Below the pieces are notes generated by a model. That model was given only the letters and a program-made list of their open reading frames with translations, had not been told where the DNA came from and did no database searches. From assembly GCA_035466375.1 (NCBI GenBank), contig DATIVB010000433.1, positions 1 to 48,120 of the forward strand: DNA of 48,120 nucleotides. Reading direction: 5' to 3'. A program made the translations under genes and the position numbers. The stretch comes from Chondromyces sp. (GTDB lineage Bacteria > Acidobacteriota > Thermoanaerobaculia > Thermoanaerobaculales > Sulfomarinibacteraceae). Of the stretch, positions 45,059-48,120 are shown one piece after another (position 1 is the stretch's first letter; the number at the start of each line of letters is the position of its first letter).

Positions 45059-45670
45059 GTGTCTGCAGAGCACGCAACCCGGACGGCAAATTCTGATGAT
45101 GGCGTCATCGTGGTGGTTTCGGGCCTGCCGCGTTCCGGCACCTCGATGGCGATGGCGATGCTGGCTGCAGGCGGGCTGCCCTGCCTCAGCGACGGTCTCC
45201 GGAAGGCCGATGCCGACAACCCTAAAGGCTACTTCGAGTTCGAGCGGGCGAAGAAGCTCGAGACGGACCGCGACCCGGAGTGGCTCTGCGAAGCGCGGGG
45301 CAAGGCCGTCAAGGTGGTGTCCCCGCTGCTGAAGTCTCTGCCCGAGGGCAACACCTACCGGGTCCTCTTCATGCTCCGGGATCTGGACGAGGTCCTGGCA
45401 TCGCAGAAGAAGATGATGGAACGCCGCGGCGAGCGGCACGAAGTTCCGGACGACCGGATGAAGAAGATCTACCGGGACCATCTGGCGAAGGTGGATTCGT
45501 TCATGAAGGGCCGCCCGGACATCTCCGTCACCTACCTCGACTATCGAAGGGTGATTGCGCACGCCCGGGAGACGGCCGGCGAGATCGCCGCGTTCCTTGG
45601 ACTTGAGCTCGATATCGGCCGCATGGCGGCGGCAGTGGACGCGGGTCTCTACCGGAACCGCCGAACCTGA
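45059..45670 (+). CDS. Small PAPS-dependent sulfotransferase-family protein
   Basis: GTG preceded by GGAAGGAAG. 5'-PSB-like loop VSGLPRSGTSM and 3'-PB-like motif FMLRDLDEVLAS (RDxxDxxxS). 203 aa. Confidence 0.7.
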   Translation: MSAEHATRTANSDDGVIVVVSGLPRSGTSMAMAMLAAGGLPCLSDGLRKADADNPKGYFEFERAKKLETDRDPEWLCEARGKAVKVVSPLLKSLPEGNTYRVLFMLRDLDEVLASQKKMMERRGERHEVPDDRMKKIYRDHLAKVDSFMKGRPDISVTYLDYRRVIAHARETAGEIAAFLGLELDIGRMAAAVDAGLYRNRRT

Positions 45671-45738
45671 CGGTCTCAGTGCTCGTAGCGCCGTGCGGCC
45701 CGAGGGAGGGCGTGCGTACGCGGTGCACCCGGTCGTCG

Positions 45739-46374
45739 TCACCGGCTCGGTTGTTCGACTACCCGAAGGTACGGTTTCTGCTCGTCCCAACCGTTCGGAA
45801 ATAGCACCTCCGCCTGCTCGTTCGACAGCGACGGCACGATGATGACCTTTTCGCCGTGATGCCAGTCGACCGGCGTCGCGACCTTGTGGCGGTCGGTGAG
45901 CTGGAGGCTGTCGATGGCGCGGAGGATCTCGGCGAAGTTGCGGCCGGTGCTTGCCGGGTAGGTGAGGATCAATCGCACCTTCTTGGCGGAGTCGATGACG
46001 AACACCGACCGAACCGTTGCCGTGTCGTCGGCTGCGGGGTGAATCATGCCGTACAGATCGGAAACGGTGCGGTCGCTATCGGCGATCAGCGGGAAGTTGA
46101 GTGCGGCGCCCTGGGTCTCCGCGATGTCGTCGATCCAGGCGTGGTGGTCATCGATGCCGTCGACCGAGAGGCCGATGACCTTGACGCCGCGGCGGTCGAA
46201 CTCAGGCTTCATCTTCGCGACCTGACCGAGCTCGGTGGTGCAGACCGGGGTGAAGTCCTTCGGGTGTGAGAAGAGCACCACCCAGCTTTCTCCGGCCCAG
46301 TCGTGGAAGCGGATGGTGCCCGCAGTGGATTCTTGAACGAAATCCGGCGCGATGTCTCCGAGTCGAATCGTCAT
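45739..46374 (-). CDS. 1-Cys peroxiredoxin (Prx6-type)
   Basis: LFSHPKDFTPVCTTELG and GLSVD...H.AW. ATG 46374 overlaps the upstream stop as ATGA. Confidence 0.9.
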   Translation of the reverse strand: MTIRLGDIAPDFVQESTAGTIRFHDWAGESWVVLFSHPKDFTPVCTTELGQVAKMKPEFDRRGVKVIGLSVDGIDDHHAWIDDIAETQGAALNFPLIADSDRTVSDLYGMIHPAADDTATVRSVFVIDSAKKVRLILTYPASTGRNFAEILRAIDSLQLTDRHKVATPVDWHHGEKVIIVPSLSNEQAEVLFPNGWDEQKPYLRVVEQPSR

Positions 46375-47450
46375 GTGGCTGCTCCTTCGTGCGTTGAGTG
46401 TGGCGATCCTGATCGGGAGCCATGCCGTTGGAGTGGCTCCCACCAACCGTTCAGTCCTCCTGTGAGGTAGCGGCATTCGGTCAGACCGAGTTCGTGGGCG
46501 ATTTCCGCCGCCATAGCCGAACACTCGCCGTAGCTGCAGACGAACACCACCGCGGCGCCGGGTTTCGCAAGGTGCCGATACAGCCGGCCACCGGGCTCGA
46601 GCGAGCGCCTGAGGGAGGCGTAGGGAAGATCGATCGACCCGGCGACGGCGCCACCGCGCAACCTCTCGCTCTCCTCGCGAAGGTCTACGACAGTGACGTC
46701 GGGCTCTCCGATCGTTTCACGGAACTGCGCTGCAGTCAGTCCGAGGCCGCGTTCAGCGAGGGATGTCTGCGCGAGACCGATCCGGCGGTTCGCCGGGACC
46801 ACCACGTCCATCAGCCTCGGCGGCGGCAGCTCGAGGCCGTTCATCAGATCCTGGTACTCCTGCACGGACTTCACCTGGAGCCTGGGATTGCCGGCACGCT
46901 CCTTGCCGATGGTGCTCACTGTGTTCCCCTTGTAATCATGGGCGGGAAACACCAGAGTCTTGTCGGGGAGACGCAGCAGCTTGTTGAACAGGCTGTCGTA
47001 CTGGGCGGCAGCATCGCCGTTCTGGAAGTCGCAGCGACCGGTTCCACCGATCATCAAGGTGTCGCCCGTGAAGACCCGATCGCGGAGCAGGAAGCTGTAG
47101 CTGTCGTCGGTGTGACCCGGGGTGTAGATCACGTCGAGCGTGAGCCCGTCGCAGCGCAGGTGGTCGCCCTCCCGGACCCGCATGCCGACCACGTCCGCCG
47201 TGGTCTGCTCGCCCATCACGGTCACGCAGCGGGTCCGGTCCCTGAGGGCGCCGAGGCCGGTCGCGTGGTCCGCGTGCAGGTGGGTGTCGACGGCCTTGAC
47301 CAACTCCAGCTCGAGCTCATCCAGGAGCTCGAGGTAACGGTCCACCTGGTCCAGGACCGGGTCGATCAGGAGGGCTTCGCCGCCCTTCCGGTGTGCCAGG
47401 AGGTATGAGTAGGTGCAGGACGTCGGGTCGAAGAGCTGACGGAAGATCAT
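46371..47450 (-). CDS. Persulfide dioxygenase (ETHE1-like MBL fold) fused to a rhodanese domain
   Basis: THLHADHATG, YTPGHTDDS, FPAHDY. C-terminal rhodanese fold with active-site loop CSYGECS (46518-46538). Confidence 0.88.
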   Translation of the reverse strand: MIFRQLFDPTSCTYSYLLAHRKGGEALLIDPVLDQVDRYLELLDELELELVKAVDTHLHADHATGLGALRDRTRCVTVMGEQTTADVVGMRVREGDHLRCDGLTLDVIYTPGHTDDSYSFLLRDRVFTGDTLMIGGTGRCDFQNGDAAAQYDSLFNKLLRLPDKTLVFPAHDYKGNTVSTIGKERAGNPRLQVKSVQEYQDLMNGLELPPPRLMDVVVPANRRIGLAQTSLAERGLGLTAAQFRETIGEPDVTVVDLREESERLRGGAVAGSIDLPYASLRRSLEPGGRLYRHLAKPGAAVVFVCSYGECSAMAAEIAHELGLTECRYLTGGLNGWWEPLQRHGSRSGSPHSTHEGAAT

Positions 47451-47510
47451 CGGCGATCTGGGCTCCTTGAAACCCCGTTCATGACGATGTTTTTGGGTTC
47501 ACCAGTCCTG

Positions 47511-47539
47511 AGTATAAGACTCAATTGCGAATTTGTCCA
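47511..47539 (-). promoter_or_regulatory. Candidate sigma70-type promoter (TGGACA-17 nt-TATACT)
   Basis: Lies in an AT-rich patch about 60 nt upstream of the 47450 start. A short palindrome TGAGT-N5-ACTCA overlaps the -10 region. Confidence 0.4.
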
Positions 47540-47833
47540 GCCCGCGCCCGTCGGGTGCAGCCGCCCGGCTCGAGAGAAGGGACGATGCGTCGGTGCGTGG
47601 CTCGTGCACGTGGCCTCGTCGGCCTCGCCGCTGGTCGGCCAGGCGATCGCGCTCGGCCATCGTCGTTCCGGCGCGGCCGACGGCACGCTGCTGCCGCCCG
47701 TCGCCTGAGGGATCATTTTCGCGCTGCGGCGATGCCGGGGCGGTTCCGGGACGCCGACGGACCTCGAAGACGCAGGCACTTGAATGTTCAGAGCTTCCAA
47801 CGGTCGGTCGGCGTGTCGATCGGCGACCGTCCC

Positions 47834-48120
47834 TCAGTTGACGGTCGTGTCCTTTTCGGGGTGGACGATCCGACCCTGCAGCATCCCGCCCGCCGCCTCT
47901 TCGCGCGCCCAGGCCTCGAGCCGCTCGCGCCGACGGGTGCGGCGGTGCTGGAACGCGATCAATGCGAGGACGGTAATCGCCATCCACAGGGCGCCGGTGC
48001 TGGTGAGGAAGGGCACCCAGGTGGTCCAGAAGGCCTCGTCCTCGAAGAAGATCTCCTCGGCCCGGGGCAGGCTGTCGCCGGTCGCGCGGCGGAACGCGGT
48101 TTCGAAGTCGAGGTCCGCAG
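47834..48120 (-). CDS. 3' end of a gene truncated by the window edge (membrane-anchored C-terminus, function unknown)
   Basis: The frame is open from the window edge (..DLDFETAFRRATGDSLPRAEEIFFEDEAFWTTW..) through a TM helix (ALWMAITVLALIAF) to the stop at 47834. High GC3. Confidence 0.5.
   Translation of the reverse strand, partial: ADLDFETAFRRATGDSLPRAEEIFFEDEAFWTTWVPFLTSTGALWMAITVLALIAFQHRRTRRRERLEAWAREEAAGGMLQGRIVHPEKDTTVN

Noticed and set aside
47540-47833. Small ORFs in the ~290-nt gap upstream of the dioxygenase promoter (47447-47800 minus, 47481-47708 and 47533-47841 plus)
   Set aside because: The translations are Arg/Pro/Ser-rich with no RBS, no motifs and no clear GC3 periodicity. 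I treated the region as non-coding, and I found no regulator gene there.
1-48120. Search for tRNA, rRNA, CRISPR arrays, IS elements, integrases and long direct or inverted repeats
   Set aside because: I found no cloverleaf-like conserved tRNA motifs, no rRNA-like conserved stretches, no regularly spaced repeats and no transposase or integrase-like ORFs on either strand. The only notable DNA repeat is the internal ACP duplication.

Overview
GC-rich bacterial chromosomal segment; real genes have G or C at almost every third codon position. I found no rRNA, tRNA, CRISPR array, transposase, integrase or phage module. About 38 protein-coding genes are supportable.

Left part (1-18 kb): a mix of transport, envelope and secreted functions.
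- A secreted tail-fibre-like protein with a peptidase S74 chaperone domain.
- A sodium:solute symporter followed by two coupled micro-membrane ORFs.
- A phospholipase D-family enzyme, an MscS-type channel and a GNAT-MFS pair.
- An M20 peptidase and a PA-domain zinc metalloprotease.
- A 1505-aa acidic, Cys-rich secreted protein with MopE/TSP3-like metal-binding repeats.

Main feature (about 18.1-45.7 kb): a large lipid/polyketide biosynthetic locus built from two convergent operons plus one divergent gene.
- Minus-strand operon (44547 down to 22706, about 22 kb). Most gene junctions are tiny gaps or start/stop overlaps (GTGA x3, TTGA, ATGA, one 8-nt overlap). It encodes:
  - a 2856-aa pfa/hgl-like megasynthase (NMO-like / ER / KS / AT / ACP-ACP / KR / DH);
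  - a stand-alone KS;
  - an AT-DH protein with a PPTase-like tail;
  - a discrete ACP;
  - an NPP/alkaline-phosphatase-family enzyme;
  - an alpha/beta hydrolase;
  - an orphan 7-bladed propeller;
  - an SDR;
  - two family III CoA-transferase paralogs, one carrying His at the catalytic Asp position;
  - an exported esterase.
- Upstream of this operon sit a sigma70-like promoter, an inverted repeat bracketing the -10 box, and a possible coupled upstream ORF.
- A small sulfotransferase is transcribed divergently.
- Convergent plus-strand operon (18151-22689): a methyltransferase, a paralogous SDR, a TPR protein, and an unusual PqqD/RRE-like + M50-like (HQLAH instead of HExxH) + HlyD-adaptor fusion.

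Right edge: a 1-Cys peroxiredoxin, a persulfide dioxygenase-rhodanese fusion and a truncated membrane-protein gene.

Limits: all family assignments come from motif recognition by eye, with no database search. Many long ORFs in the supplied track are antisense or upstream-extension artefacts of the high GC content.
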